Below are positions 17,467 to 27,084 of a DNA stretch of 64,000 nt, piece after piece. The DNA is from an uncultured virus (IMG/VR IMGVR_UViG_3300028025_004073). Lineage: Duplodnaviria > Heunggongvirae > Uroviricota > Caudoviricetes. Position numbers and translations under genes: made by a program. The stretch's first letter is position 1. Each line of letters starts with the position of its first letter. The notes below the pieces were generated by a model, which was not told the origin of the DNA, did not search any database, and saw only the letters and a program-made list of their open reading frames with translations. The stretch lies in IMG/VR virus record IMGVR_UViG_3300028025_004073. One strand, written 5' to 3'.

Positions 17467-18048
17467 ATGGCATCACCAAAGGACTCAGGCGGTAAAAAGC
17501 CAACTAAACCAGTTATTGGAACTCCCAATAGGTTAAACAACGTAACTAGTGACTCAAACTCGCAGCAAGTACAAGTAACATTTACGCATGCTTATACGGG
17601 TAAAGGTACGGTAACCTACACCGCAACATCATCCCCTGGTGGTAGAACTGCAACCTCTTCATCCTCCCCTGTTACCGTTTCTGGTTTAACTTCTAACACG
17701 GCTTATACCTTTACGGTTTCTGCAACAACAAACTATGGTGTTACCGCAGACGTATCTGATGCTTCACCTTCTGTTACACCACCTTATTTCCCTCCAAGTT
17801 TTTGTCCACCATGTGCTCCGCAACCTTGGCCTGGTAATTGTACATACATTGGTATTACATGTGATGGTCAGGTTTCTTACCAGTACTATGATTGTGGTGG
17901 ATGTCAAACATGCGCTGGAACTGGTGGTTATAACGGAGCATACCGAGATGGGTTGTGTGGCTATACAGCACCACCACCATTTGGTCCGTCATTCCCACCA
18001 CCATTTGGTCCGTCATTTGGGCCATCGTTTGGACCGTCATTTAAGTAA
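17467..18048 (+). CDS. fibronectin type III protein with a Cys-rich segment and C-terminal PPPFGPSF repeats
   Basis: VTVSGLTSNTAYTFTVSATTNYG (FN3); 8 Cys; Pro/Phe repeats at 17971-18042. Confidence 0.75.
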   Translation: MASPKDSGGKKPTKPVIGTPNRLNNVTSDSNSQQVQVTFTHAYTGKGTVTYTATSSPGGRTATSSSSPVTVSGLTSNTAYTFTVSATTNYGVTADVSDASPSVTPPYFPPSFCPPCAPQPWPGNCTYIGITCDGQVSYQYYDCGGCQTCAGTGGYNGAYRDGLCGYTAPPPFGPSFPPPFGPSFGPSFGPSFK

Positions 18049-18078
18049 TAAAAACAGTAAAAATTAAAGGATAAGTAG

Positions 18079-18753
18079 ATGGAAAACAAGATGGATATTA
18101 CCTTTGAATATCTTTCAGATTTTAAGTTAGGTGTTGTTGTATACCGAAATGTTTTGCCTAAGTCTTTAAAGATTATTGAAAGACTTGAAGAAACCATAGG
18201 TGATAGTACAACTCCCACGTACATGTGGCAAGAAGCATTGGTTGGTGACTATGAATCTATGCCCCAATATAGAAATTGTTTTGATTGCAAAATAGATGAA
18301 ATTAGAGCAAAGGCTGCTCCATCACAATATTCTGAGATATATAACATCTGGAAAGATACCGTTGACCCGTTAACAGCCTGCCTTAAACATTACGAATCCC
18401 TTGTCAATGTTAAAACTGAGTACATGGAAGCAATTAATTACGTTAAATATGGAGTTGGGCAGCACTTCCAAACACACGCAGACCACGGGTTTTCTTATAC
18501 TTGTGTTGTATCTTCTGTTATGTACCTCAATGATGACTACGAGGGTGGTGAACTGTGGTTTCCACGATTTGACCTAAAGTTTAAACCAGATGCAGGAGAT
18601 ATTATTTTCTTCCCATCGTCATTTCTTTTCCAACATGCCTCACTACCAGTTACTAGTGGGACAAAGTATTCTGCGGTCACTATGTTTGATTACAACGATA
18701 GACACCACAAATGCACAGGAATAAGTCAGGGTAACTATAGTGCCAAGCATTAA
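18079..18753 (+). CDS. 2OG-Fe(II) oxygenase, prolyl-4-hydroxylase-like
   Basis: HAD...MYLNDDYEGGEL...FPS...HASLPVTSGTKYS. Confidence 0.85.
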   Translation: MENKMDITFEYLSDFKLGVVVYRNVLPKSLKIIERLEETIGDSTTPTYMWQEALVGDYESMPQYRNCFDCKIDEIRAKAAPSQYSEIYNIWKDTVDPLTACLKHYESLVNVKTEYMEAINYVKYGVGQHFQTHADHGFSYTCVVSSVMYLNDDYEGGELWFPRFDLKFKPDAGDIIFFPSSFLFQHASLPVTSGTKYSAVTMFDYNDRHHKCTGISQGNYSAKH

Positions 18754-19447
18754 GTTCCTAAAAGTATCTAATAACCCACCTGAAATAAGGCAATCACGCT
18801 TAAAAAGGGATTGGATGGATGTTACACATAACAAGCATGCATACCAATGCTTGCCTGTTACAACAGCCAATGTTTTAGGATGGGAGTTTGTACTACAAGA
18901 AGATGTTGTCGTACAACTTGATGAACCGAATTCAATGGCAAGGATTATCTCTGGGGAAACAACAGCAGACGGTAGGGAACAAGCACGAGCATCAATCATA
19001 GACATGATTACTTTTCATCTAGATTGGGCTATTGAGACTGACGAAAACTACAGTACGTGGATTACTGGTTCGCCAAACTATTTTCACCCAGATGCTGACC
19101 CACTATCAGCATCAATTCCTAGTTTCTGGTGGCCTGACCCAGTTGACATTAGTTGGAGAATTCGCACAATTGGAAAACCAGTAACCTTCCATGCTGGAGA
19201 ACCTTTTTGTTTCTTGACTATTTACGACAATACCATTTTAGAAAATGTGACAGTCTCAACAGGAAACTGGGGGGATGATAAAGAAAAGGTTCGCCAACGG
19301 TTACGGTACACAGAATCAAAACAGAAAAATAGCGTTGAAAACCCTTGGACTTGGGTTAAGGGTATAAAAACAGGAATTGACGCAGACGGTAATAGCATTG
19401 GACCACCCACTAGAGGCTTACCCAGATTAGATACCCCAGTAGTGTAA
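18740..19447 (+). CDS. DUF6065-like protein
   Basis: RDWMD...HAYQCLPVTTANVLGW...GSPN...GEPFCFL, recalled family pattern. Confidence 0.6.
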   Translation: MPSIKFLKVSNNPPEIRQSRLKRDWMDVTHNKHAYQCLPVTTANVLGWEFVLQEDVVVQLDEPNSMARIISGETTADGREQARASIIDMITFHLDWAIETDENYSTWITGSPNYFHPDADPLSASIPSFWWPDPVDISWRIRTIGKPVTFHAGEPFCFLTIYDNTILENVTVSTGNWGDDKEKVRQRLRYTESKQKNSVENPWTWVKGIKTGIDADGNSIGPPTRGLPRLDTPVV

Positions 19448-19450
19448 ACT

Positions 19451-19696
19451 ATGGTTGTTAAATACCCCACAAAGGATACTTTTATGGCTCTTTCAGAAGA
19501 ACAAATGCTTAAAGCAAAAAGTGAAGCAATTTCACACTTGGAATACTCCATTAGCGTACTGGCTGCTGCATTGGGTGTTGATATATCTACCATTGATTAC
19601 CCCTACGAACATGGCTTTCCTGAAACTGACCTCATGTTTAAATCGCATGAATTGCTAAAAAAGCACGTTTCAAATTTGGAAAAACTTAAGGCATAA
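19451..19696 (+). CDS. small hypothetical protein (start may be 19484)
   Basis: Fills the operon between neighbouring genes. Confidence 0.55.
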   Translation: MVVKYPTKDTFMALSEEQMLKAKSEAISHLEYSISVLAAALGVDISTIDYPYEHGFPETDLMFKSHELLKKHVSNLEKLKA

Positions 19697-19702
19697 CTAA
19701 TT

Positions 19703-19906
19703 ATGAAGCCTTTTGAAACCCCGTTTCCACCAAGTGTGGATGAGACAACGGATGACGACACTACAAAGGTTCCAGAAACCAACCTTGATGAGTTGATTGT
19801 TCGTTATGACCCAAACTCAAAGCAATGGTTTACTCAAGATGAAAATGTGCTTTTAATTTGTTCAGCACAAATGGCTACGTACAAAGACAAGACAGAGGAT
19901 AACTAG
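19703..19906 (+). CDS. small hypothetical protein
   Basis: Operon context. Confidence 0.5.
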   Translation: MKPFETPFPPSVDETTDDDTTKVPETNLDELIVRYDPNSKQWFTQDENVLLICSAQMATYKDKTEDN

Positions 19907-19907
19907 T

Positions 19908-20240
19908 ATGCCAGTTTCATGTGCGCCAGGTTCGTCAGCAGTACTTTACGATTGGGCTGAGGATTTAAACAGGCATGAGTATTGGTTTACTGTTCTTATG
20001 ATGATTACAGGACTAGACCCATCTAAATTAGAAGAAATGACAATAGATGAGTATATTGATGCATTACGCAAAACATATAACTACATACTAGTTCCTGATA
20101 ACAAGTCTGAGGAAGAGAGTTACAGTAACGATATGTTTTCTATTTATCCGTTTGTAAGTAAAAACTATAAATATTTTATCCATAGAATAAGAGTCAGTTG
20201 GCAAGGGTTGACCCTTTGTAAGTATTTGGAGCAAGCATGA
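19908..20240 (+). CDS. hypothetical protein
   Basis: Operon context; ATGA overlap with the next gene. Confidence 0.55.
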   Translation: MPVSCAPGSSAVLYDWAEDLNRHEYWFTVLMMITGLDPSKLEEMTIDEYIDALRKTYNYILVPDNKSEEESYSNDMFSIYPFVSKNYKYFIHRIRVSWQGLTLCKYLEQA

Positions 20241-20950
20241 ACAAAGACGTTGCGTATACTGCTTTAATTTCTTCTAAATTGTCTTCCTTTAATTCACAGG
20301 TTTCATCAGAAGAAACACGTACAGAGTGGAATGACTTCATTAGTAAAGTAAAACAAACTACGGTTGAAGCAAACCTTGACGCTCGTTTTATTGCTCGTGG
20401 AGTGCATCTTGAAACAAATTGGTACGACATTCCATTTACCGAAGATTTACATGCCATTGCTGGGGCAAACTGTCTAGTTGACCTATTACTTATTTCAACA
20501 AAAAAACCACAAAATGTCCTTATTGTTGACGGGTTAATCAACCGACTTCCTTTGTACGGATTGTTAAAAGACTCAAATATAAATTTTGTAAACAATCAGT
20601 ATTTTTTTTGGTGGGAAAAACATCTAAAGAACACATCAGAAAACCACTCATTTGGGTACACTGCCTACTCTATTGAAGAGTTGGTTGAAATGCAAGAACC
20701 AATATTTGACATGATTTTTATTTCGGGTTACGCAATGTTTAACAACTCTGAAGTATTGGATTCTTTTTCTAACCTACTACTGCCAGGAGGCATGATAAGT
20801 GCTTCTTCTACGAATGGGTTTTCAACTCTTTACTCACCTTTGTATAAAGAACACGACATGTACCCACTACATGAGACACTTAATAACGCTGATGGACTAA
20901 CCATACATCTTGCTAACTTCCTTGGAAGTACTTATTTCCTAAAGAACTAG
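20237..20950 (+). CDS. divergent class I SAM-methyltransferase-like protein
   Basis: FDMIFISG...LLPGGMI motifs; canonical GxGxG not evident. Confidence 0.5.
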   Translation: MNKDVAYTALISSKLSSFNSQVSSEETRTEWNDFISKVKQTTVEANLDARFIARGVHLETNWYDIPFTEDLHAIAGANCLVDLLLISTKKPQNVLIVDGLINRLPLYGLLKDSNINFVNNQYFFWWEKHLKNTSENHSFGYTAYSIEELVEMQEPIFDMIFISGYAMFNNSEVLDSFSNLLLPGGMISASSTNGFSTLYSPLYKEHDMYPLHETLNNADGLTIHLANFLGSTYFLKN

Positions 20951-21780
20951 TTACCATACTTAGAAGTATCGTATTGGTGCATCCAAAACCCATTAAAGAA
21001 GCGTTCTGTTTCAGAAAATCCTCCTAAAACAGCGTGAAACATAACCATTAAATCAACAATTAGTAAATCACCATCTTGCCAATAATGCACCTGGCGGATG
21101 TTTGTATTATTTAGTACTTGCTCTCCAAGCCACTGTTCATACCACCCAAACATTCCAATTGCATAATCGTTTGGTTTGCTTCCATTAAACTCAATTAATT
21201 TACAATTAGTATTTGTTTCACCCTCTCTACAGAAAGTCATACGCATAATCTCTTTATTAGATAATTTGTGTTTTTGTATGGCATTAAAAACTGTTGGAGT
21301 TTTTGGCATCACTGGATCATCACAAGATGGGAGCGCAGAAATCTTGCATAACCTAAGAAACGACTTTTGTTCATTGTCTAGTAAAGCAAACACATCTGAG
21401 GTGTCAACAAAGATGGTTGCCCCAGCATCACTGTCACATGTAAACTTTTCCATGTTCCAAGTAGCCCCAATTGCTGGATTGGGGTAGCCAAAATGCTCAA
21501 GATGCCAAGGAACTAAAATGTCTTGCTTGGTAGTTCCTTTCCTTCTACCAAGTGAAAGTCGGTGGCTTTCCTGATAGTGCCAGTACTGCATACTGCTGAG
21601 ATTTGGGTAGTAACCAAGGTAGTTTCCGTATACCTGAGTAACGATTAACTGTTCTTCTCTTGAAAACCTGTGACCACGAAGGACTATTGCACCAAGGTCT
21701 TTGAGGGCATTAACGTATTTTTCACTGTTTTCTAGAAACTCTTGAAAAGAAGAATTGTTGATAATGCTAATTTGTTTCAT
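20947..21780 (-). CDS. TauD/TfdA-family 2OG-dependent dioxygenase
   Basis: WHLEH...GATIFVD...WQDGDLLIVDLMVMFHA...R; TAGCCT 6 nt upstream. Confidence 0.8.
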   Translation of the reverse strand: MKQISIINNSSFQEFLENSEKYVNALKDLGAIVLRGHRFSREEQLIVTQVYGNYLGYYPNLSSMQYWHYQESHRLSLGRRKGTTKQDILVPWHLEHFGYPNPAIGATWNMEKFTCDSDAGATIFVDTSDVFALLDNEQKSFLRLCKISALPSCDDPVMPKTPTVFNAIQKHKLSNKEIMRMTFCREGETNTNCKLIEFNGSKPNDYAIGMFGWYEQWLGEQVLNNTNIRQVHYWQDGDLLIVDLMVMFHAVLGGFSETERFFNGFWMHQYDTSKYGN

Positions 21781-21859
21781 TTCTAGAGGCTACAACATGG
21801 ACACCACGGGATGCTTCCATGATAAAATAGGGACCATTACAGACTTTTAAGGAGCGCCC

Positions 21860-22189
21860 GTGGCCCAAGCATATAAGGTTCTTGCCCAATCTGCACCGTC
21901 AGCAACTACCAATACAGACCTTCTCACCGTAGGTTCTGGTAAATCGGTAGTGGCTTCAACGCTGTCAGTGTGCAACCGTGGCACTTCGGCAGCCACCTAC
22001 CGTGTGGCTATTCGCCCTGCTGGTACGTCAATTGCTAACCAGCACTACATCATTTACGATGCAAACATCTTGCCAAAGGACACCGCTACTTTGAGCGTTG
22101 GTTTTACCTTGGCGGCTACAGACGTAGTGACAATTTACGCATCTAGTGCCAACCTTTCCTTCTCAATCTTTGGAGTAGAAATTTCGTGA
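21860..22189 (+). CDS. small virion structural protein
   Basis: AAGGAG RBS; beta-rich; ends in FGVEIS. Confidence 0.6.
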   Translation: MAQAYKVLAQSAPSATTNTDLLTVGSGKSVVASTLSVCNRGTSAATYRVAIRPAGTSIANQHYIIYDANILPKDTATLSVGFTLAATDVVTIYASSANLSFSIFGVEIS

Positions 22190-23133
22190 TTTCACGCCTT
22201 TCTGAGGTAAGCGCAAGTAGGAATTTGTCAGGAATTAATCTTCCTATTAACACCCAAACTGGCACTACCTACACACTCGTACTTGAAGACCGTGGGAAGA
22301 TGCTTGAGTTTAATAACTCCAGCGCAATTACTGTAACTGTTCCTGCTGATTCATCTGTTCCCTTTTATGAAGGAGATGTGATTGAAGTAATCCAATCAGG
22401 AACTGGTGGTGTTACTTTTTCCCCAGCAGGTGGAGTCACAATAAATGCATTCAATGATTATTTAAACCTAAATGGTCAATGGTCTTCAGCAACACTTGTA
22501 AAACGTGCTGCAAATAGTTGGGAATTTCTTTCAAAAAATACCACCGCATCTACGCTGACAACTAAAGGTGACATGCTTGTTACTTCAGGATCATCGTTAA
22601 GCCGACTTCCTATCGGCACAAATGATTACGCTTTACTTGCTGATTCTTCGGCTACCTACGGTGTTTCATGGAAGCAAATCCCTGCTGCTGGGTTGGCTTC
22701 AGATTCAGTTACCACAGTAAAGATTTTAAACTCAAACGTAACAGAAGCAAAGATTGCTGATAATGCTGTTACCCAAGCGAAACTATCTGACCGTGCCGTT
22801 GGTTCTGCTGAACTGGCTAGTCTTACGTTAAACGCACAAACTGCTTCATATACACCAGTACTTACTGATGCACACAAACTTGTAACTATGAGTGCTAGTG
22901 CGGCAATGAACTTTACTATCCCAACAGATGCTTCTGTTAACTTTCAAGTTGGTGATCAAATAAACATCCTTCAATTGGGTGCTGGTGCTGTAACAATTTC
23001 TGCCGTAACACCTGGAACTACTAGTGTTGTTTCTCAAGGTTCAAAACTTAAGACAAACGGTCAGTACGCAATGGCTACAGCAGTTAAAGTCGCTGCAAAT
23101 TCTTGGGTGGTTGTCGGAAACCTAGCGGTGTAA
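22186..23133 (+). CDS. fibre/adaptor protein with two copies of the YTLVLAD domain
   Basis: NTQTGTTYTLVLEDRGK and NAQTASYTPVLTDAHK resemble the C-terminus of 13381..17463. Confidence 0.7.
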   Translation: MISRLSEVSASRNLSGINLPINTQTGTTYTLVLEDRGKMLEFNNSSAITVTVPADSSVPFYEGDVIEVIQSGTGGVTFSPAGGVTINAFNDYLNLNGQWSSATLVKRAANSWEFLSKNTTASTLTTKGDMLVTSGSSLSRLPIGTNDYALLADSSATYGVSWKQIPAAGLASDSVTTVKILNSNVTEAKIADNAVTQAKLSDRAVGSAELASLTLNAQTASYTPVLTDAHKLVTMSASAAMNFTIPTDASVNFQVGDQINILQLGAGAVTISAVTPGTTSVVSQGSKLKTNGQYAMATAVKVAANSWVVVGNLAV

Positions 23134-23135
23134 TT

Positions 23136-23678
23136 ATGCAAATACTCGCTGGAATTGGTTCTGCGGAAAGTACACCAACACCAACGCTGTCTAGTAGTGG
23201 TGACCTTGGCTCAATAGTTACCACCATCACCAACTACGATTCAGCAGCCACATACTATGTAAGTACTGATGTTGGTAGCGCAAGTCGCAGTGGTGCAACT
23301 ATTACTGTTTCTGGACTAAATAACTCCCAATCAGCAACTGTAAGCGTATACGCTACAAAACCTGGGTTTAACAACTCAGCAACTGCAACATCTTCCGCCA
23401 CCTCTATACCTGTTTGTACGTATACAGGTTCTGGTCCACAATCAATGGCTGGAGGAAACTGCGGTACTTGCGGCATTATTTGTTGTGAGGTAGGTGTACC
23501 AGCACACATTTATTGCACAAATTATTACACACCTAGCCTTTGCAACCTAAACGGAACCAAAATTACATCAGGTTCATACTCCTACATCTGTGTTGGGTGG
23601 CATTGCGCTACAACTGGAACTGCTTCTGGACTATCTTGTGGCCCTGGAAGCCCATGTGGTGGTGTGAACGGTTGTTAA
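23136..23678 (+). CDS. Ser/Thr-rich protein with Cys-rich C-terminus
   Basis: Start re-annotated to ATG 23136; about 13 Cys in the C-terminal half. Confidence 0.65.
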   Translation: MQILAGIGSAESTPTPTLSSSGDLGSIVTTITNYDSAATYYVSTDVGSASRSGATITVSGLNNSQSATVSVYATKPGFNNSATATSSATSIPVCTYTGSGPQSMAGGNCGTCGIICCEVGVPAHIYCTNYYTPSLCNLNGTKITSGSYSYICVGWHCATTGTASGLSCGPGSPCGGVNGC

Positions 23679-23694
23679 TGTGTAGACTGAGGAC

Positions 23695-23931
23695 ATGACA
23701 GAAATAAACGAATTCCCACCCGTACCAGACTTCTATTCAAGACCACATTCATTCTTTGCATTTGTGATTGATGGTGAAGTAACTTGGATTCATACGGTTC
23801 CAAATGAAATAGAACACCTTATTGCGGTTCTTCAATCTGATCCAAAGATCATAGAGATACCTTCTGACATGACAAAAGAAGTTTCTATGGGTTGGAAATA
23901 TGATGGTAATTACTTTACAAGAGGAGAATAA
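23695..23931 (+). CDS. small hypothetical protein
   Basis: FAFVIDGEV...GWKYDGNYF; TAGACT 6 nt upstream. Confidence 0.6.
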   Translation: MTEINEFPPVPDFYSRPHSFFAFVIDGEVTWIHTVPNEIEHLIAVLQSDPKIIEIPSDMTKEVSMGWKYDGNYFTRGE

Positions 23932-23933
23932 AC

Positions 23934-24164
23934 ATGGCATCAGCATGGCAGGAATATAAAAAGAAGTTAGGTGACACACGACCTTGGGATGTTATAAACC
24001 CAAGTGTTGAACGTGCTTCAGAAGAAGAAGCAGAGTCACGCATGAACATTTGCTTGGAATGTCCTGAACTTATTGGGTTAACTAAACAATGCAAACAATG
24101 TGGTTGCTTGATGTCAGCAAAAACAAAGTTGCTTAAAGCAGTTTGTCCCATAGGTAAGTGGTAA
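23934..24164 (+). CDS. small Cys-rich metal-binding protein
   Basis: CLECP...CKQCGC...CPIGKW. Confidence 0.7.
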   Translation: MASAWQEYKKKLGDTRPWDVINPSVERASEEEAESRMNICLECPELIGLTKQCKQCGCLMSAKTKLLKAVCPIGKW

Positions 24165-24179
24165 CGGCTATAATGGGCC

Positions 24180-25739
24180 GTGCCTAAACTACGCAAAGGA
24201 TTTTGGTTCTACTTCCCCGTAGCGCTTTTGGCTTGGTTTGCACCAGTCACTTCCGTTAAAGCAGATGCTCTTGGGGACTGGACTTTTAGCCAGTCATGTG
24301 CAACAGGTTCAGTAGAAGTTATAGACAACAACATCGTCTTGCATGGTCCTGACGGTGGTGGGTGCGGTGGTGCTAACTGGGTCAAGATTGAAACCACCAT
24401 CCCTGCTGATGTGAACACAGTTGACTTCACATGGGCATACCAAACCAATGACGGATGGGTGTATGACCCACCACAGTACGGTATCAACGGCGTATACACC
24501 TTGCTTACACAACAGAACAATGCGACAGGAACCAAGTCTGTACCCGTCAACGAGGGTGACATATTTACGTTTCGGCAGTACTCAATTGACTCTTGCTGTC
24601 AACCTGGGCATCTTACAATTAGCAATTTGTCTTTATGGAATGGTCTTGTTGAACCAACAACCACTAGTTCTACAACTACAACAACCACTAGTTCTACAAC
24701 AACATCTACTTCTTCTTCCGTACCCCAAACAACATCAACAGTATCAAGCACGACCACGACACTGCCGTTAGAAACGTCAACATCTACGACTGAGCCTCAG
24801 ACGACAACGACTTCTTCAACTTCCACAACAGTGCCAGAAACAAGTACCACGTTAGTGGAGAATACAACAAGCACCACAACAACAACCTCATCTACAACCA
24901 CCTCCGTACCCGAAGTGATCGTTGAAGTGCCGACAGGGACCACAACGACAGTAGTAGAGGAACCTTATATAGAAGAGATGCCTGTAGAAGAAACAACCAC
25001 GACAACTGAACCAGAGCCAGAAACAACTGAGCCAGAGACAACAACAACTGAAACATACCCTGATACTACTGTGGAAGAAACTACAACCACAACTACCCTT
25101 GAAGAAATTATTCCTGAAGATACTGTTGTTGATAACGTAATTACCGAAGAAGAGGTAGATGCGGTGGTTGAGGAATTGACCACCATTACAGAAATTACTC
25201 CAGAGATTTTGTCCGAGGTTGTAGATGCCCTTAACTCCGACAACATCACGGAAGAACAAGTTCAAGCCATTGTTGATGCCGTGGTTGAGAACCTGGATAC
25301 CCTTGAAGAGATAACTCCAGAAGTTCTTGAAGAAGTATTGGGTATTTTGGAGTCAGACAGCATTACCCAAGAACAGGTTCAGGAAGTTGTGGACACTATC
25401 TTGGCTACAGAAATCTCTAGCGATCAAGCAACTGAACTTGCTACCAGCGCAGCCGTTCTGGAAAACGTAACTGCTAACCAAGCAACTGAGATTTTCGCCA
25501 CAGTAGATACTGGCGAGTTAACTAGCGAACAAGCACAAGCAATTGTTGATGCTGTACAGGATGCGCCAACCGAAGTAAAAGAAGCCTTTGAAGAAGAAAT
25601 TAACGTCTTTGAAGGTGGCTTTGATAACTATGTTCCTACGGATTCTACGATATCTGTAGGGGTACGCCGTGTCGTGGTAGCCGCCACTACGGTATCATTT
25701 ATACTGCCTGCACCAGTTGTTTCTAGTCGTAGACGATAA
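24180..25739 (+). CDS. exported mucin-like Thr/Ser/Glu-rich surface protein
   Basis: Signal peptide (VKA), globular N-domain, long T/S/E stalk, acidic helical repeats, hydrophobic C-terminal stretch followed by RRR. Confidence 0.75.
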   Translation: MPKLRKGFWFYFPVALLAWFAPVTSVKADALGDWTFSQSCATGSVEVIDNNIVLHGPDGGGCGGANWVKIETTIPADVNTVDFTWAYQTNDGWVYDPPQYGINGVYTLLTQQNNATGTKSVPVNEGDIFTFRQYSIDSCCQPGHLTISNLSLWNGLVEPTTTSSTTTTTTSSTTTSTSSSVPQTTSTVSSTTTTLPLETSTSTTEPQTTTTSSTSTTVPETSTTLVENTTSTTTTTSSTTTSVPEVIVEVPTGTTTTVVEEPYIEEMPVEETTTTTEPEPETTEPETTTTETYPDTTVEETTTTTTLEEIIPEDTVVDNVITEEEVDAVVEELTTITEITPEILSEVVDALNSDNITEEQVQAIVDAVVENLDTLEEITPEVLEEVLGILESDSITQEQVQEVVDTILATEISSDQATELATSAAVLENVTANQATEIFATVDTGELTSEQAQAIVDAVQDAPTEVKEAFEEEINVFEGGFDNYVPTDSTISVGVRRVVVAATTVSFILPAPVVSSRRR

Positions 25740-25818
25740 CCCCACAAGCCCCGTAGAGCCTCCTAGGAGGCCCGTAGACAAGCGTAAATAGGCAAAACGA
25801 CCCCTACTAAGGAGAATT

Positions 25819-25995
25819 GTGAAGAAACTTTGGGAAGAAGTACATGGTCTTGTTTGGACCTTGGCAGGAACGGGAATGGTTCTCATTACCCTGTCTGGTC
25901 AAACATTAACCTGGGGTGTGTGGATCACAGTCGCTGGTCTTGTTGTACACTTCGTTGCTGTTGCTGGAAAGGGTAGTGACACAGACGAAGAGTAG
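25819..25995 (+). CDS. 58-aa two-TM membrane protein (not in ORF track)
   Basis: AAGGAG + GTG; VKKLWEEVHGLVWTLAGTGMVLITLSGQTLTWGVWITVAGLVVHFVAVAGKGSDTDEE. Confidence 0.65.
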   Translation: MKKLWEEVHGLVWTLAGTGMVLITLSGQTLTWGVWITVAGLVVHFVAVAGKGSDTDEE

Positions 25996-26001
25996 AGGTT
26001 C

Positions 26002-27084
26002 ATGGGTAACAAAACGATTGGGTTTTTGACATACGACTGGGCGCACGGGACAAAGCCACTACAACCAAATGGTTGTGCATGGTATCGCTGTCTGCTACCT
26101 AAAAACGAACTAGAGAAGTTTGGTTGGAAGACAGGTCTTGGATTTCCACGCTGGCATGACGAGTACGGATATGGGTTAGTTATATCTAACGACAAAGCCA
26201 TACACGGTTGGGAGATACTTGTATTCAAGTTAGTGATGCGTAAGGAAATCACCGACCAAGTAAAAGTAGCAAAGTCTAAAGGTCAGAAAATAGTAGTAGA
26301 TATTGATGATTTCTTTGAAGGTCTTGACCCATCTAATCGGGCGTATATGGCTACCGATCCAAAGTTACACCCAGATAACAATCGTGACCATTACATAAAA
26401 ATGATTTACGAAGCAGATGCTGTAATTACATCAACACCATTTTTGTACGACTACTACGCAAGTAAGCGTAACAATGTGTTTCTAGTTCGCAACGGTATTG
26501 ACATTGACCGTTGGAAGATGAGAAAAGACAAGGCAAAAAGATCACCAGTTGTTGGATGGGTTGGTGCTACCCCGTGGCGTTCCAAAGATTTAGAAAGTTT
26601 AAATCCATACGTTCCTAAATTTTTGAAGAAACACAATTTGACTTTCCACCATTCTGGTCACACGGCAGATGCCCCTTTTGCGTATGAGCAAATTGGGTAT
26701 CACCGACAAAAATCAACAATAATGCCAATGGCCCCTATTCTTGATTATCCAAAACTATTTCCACCAATAGATGTTGGATTAGTTCCTCTTAACAACCTTG
26801 AATTTAACCACGCTAAGTCCTTCATTAAGGGTCTTGAATATGCGGCGGCTGGTGTGCCATTTATTACATCGTATTCACCTGAGTACCAGTATCTTGCTGA
26901 TGCTGGAGTTGGGCGTATTGCTAAAAGTCCAGAGGAATGGACTTACCATTTAACTGAGTTGCTAGACCCACAAATGCGTAAAGATGACGCAATGGTAAAC
27001 TACGAGATAGTCAAAGACCAATTTTCAATGCAAAAGCGTGGCTTTGAGTGGAACGAAGTAATGGAGAAGATTGCAGCACTATGA
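26002..27084 (+). CDS. GT-B glycosyltransferase (GT4-like)
   Basis: VVDIDD; VGWVG; DVGLVPL...KSFIKGLEYAAAGVPFITS. Confidence 0.85.
   Translation: MGNKTIGFLTYDWAHGTKPLQPNGCAWYRCLLPKNELEKFGWKTGLGFPRWHDEYGYGLVISNDKAIHGWEILVFKLVMRKEITDQVKVAKSKGQKIVVDIDDFFEGLDPSNRAYMATDPKLHPDNNRDHYIKMIYEADAVITSTPFLYDYYASKRNNVFLVRNGIDIDRWKMRKDKAKRSPVVGWVGATPWRSKDLESLNPYVPKFLKKHNLTFHHSGHTADAPFAYEQIGYHRQKSTIMPMAPILDYPKLFPPIDVGLVPLNNLEFNHAKSFIKGLEYAAAGVPFITSYSPEYQYLADAGVGRIAKSPEEWTYHLTELLDPQMRKDDAMVNYEIVKDQFSMQKRGFEWNEVMEKIAAL

Noticed and set aside
24650..25100. ACN-rich tandem DNA repeats
   Set aside because: Explained by Thr/Ser/Glu low-complexity coding sequence
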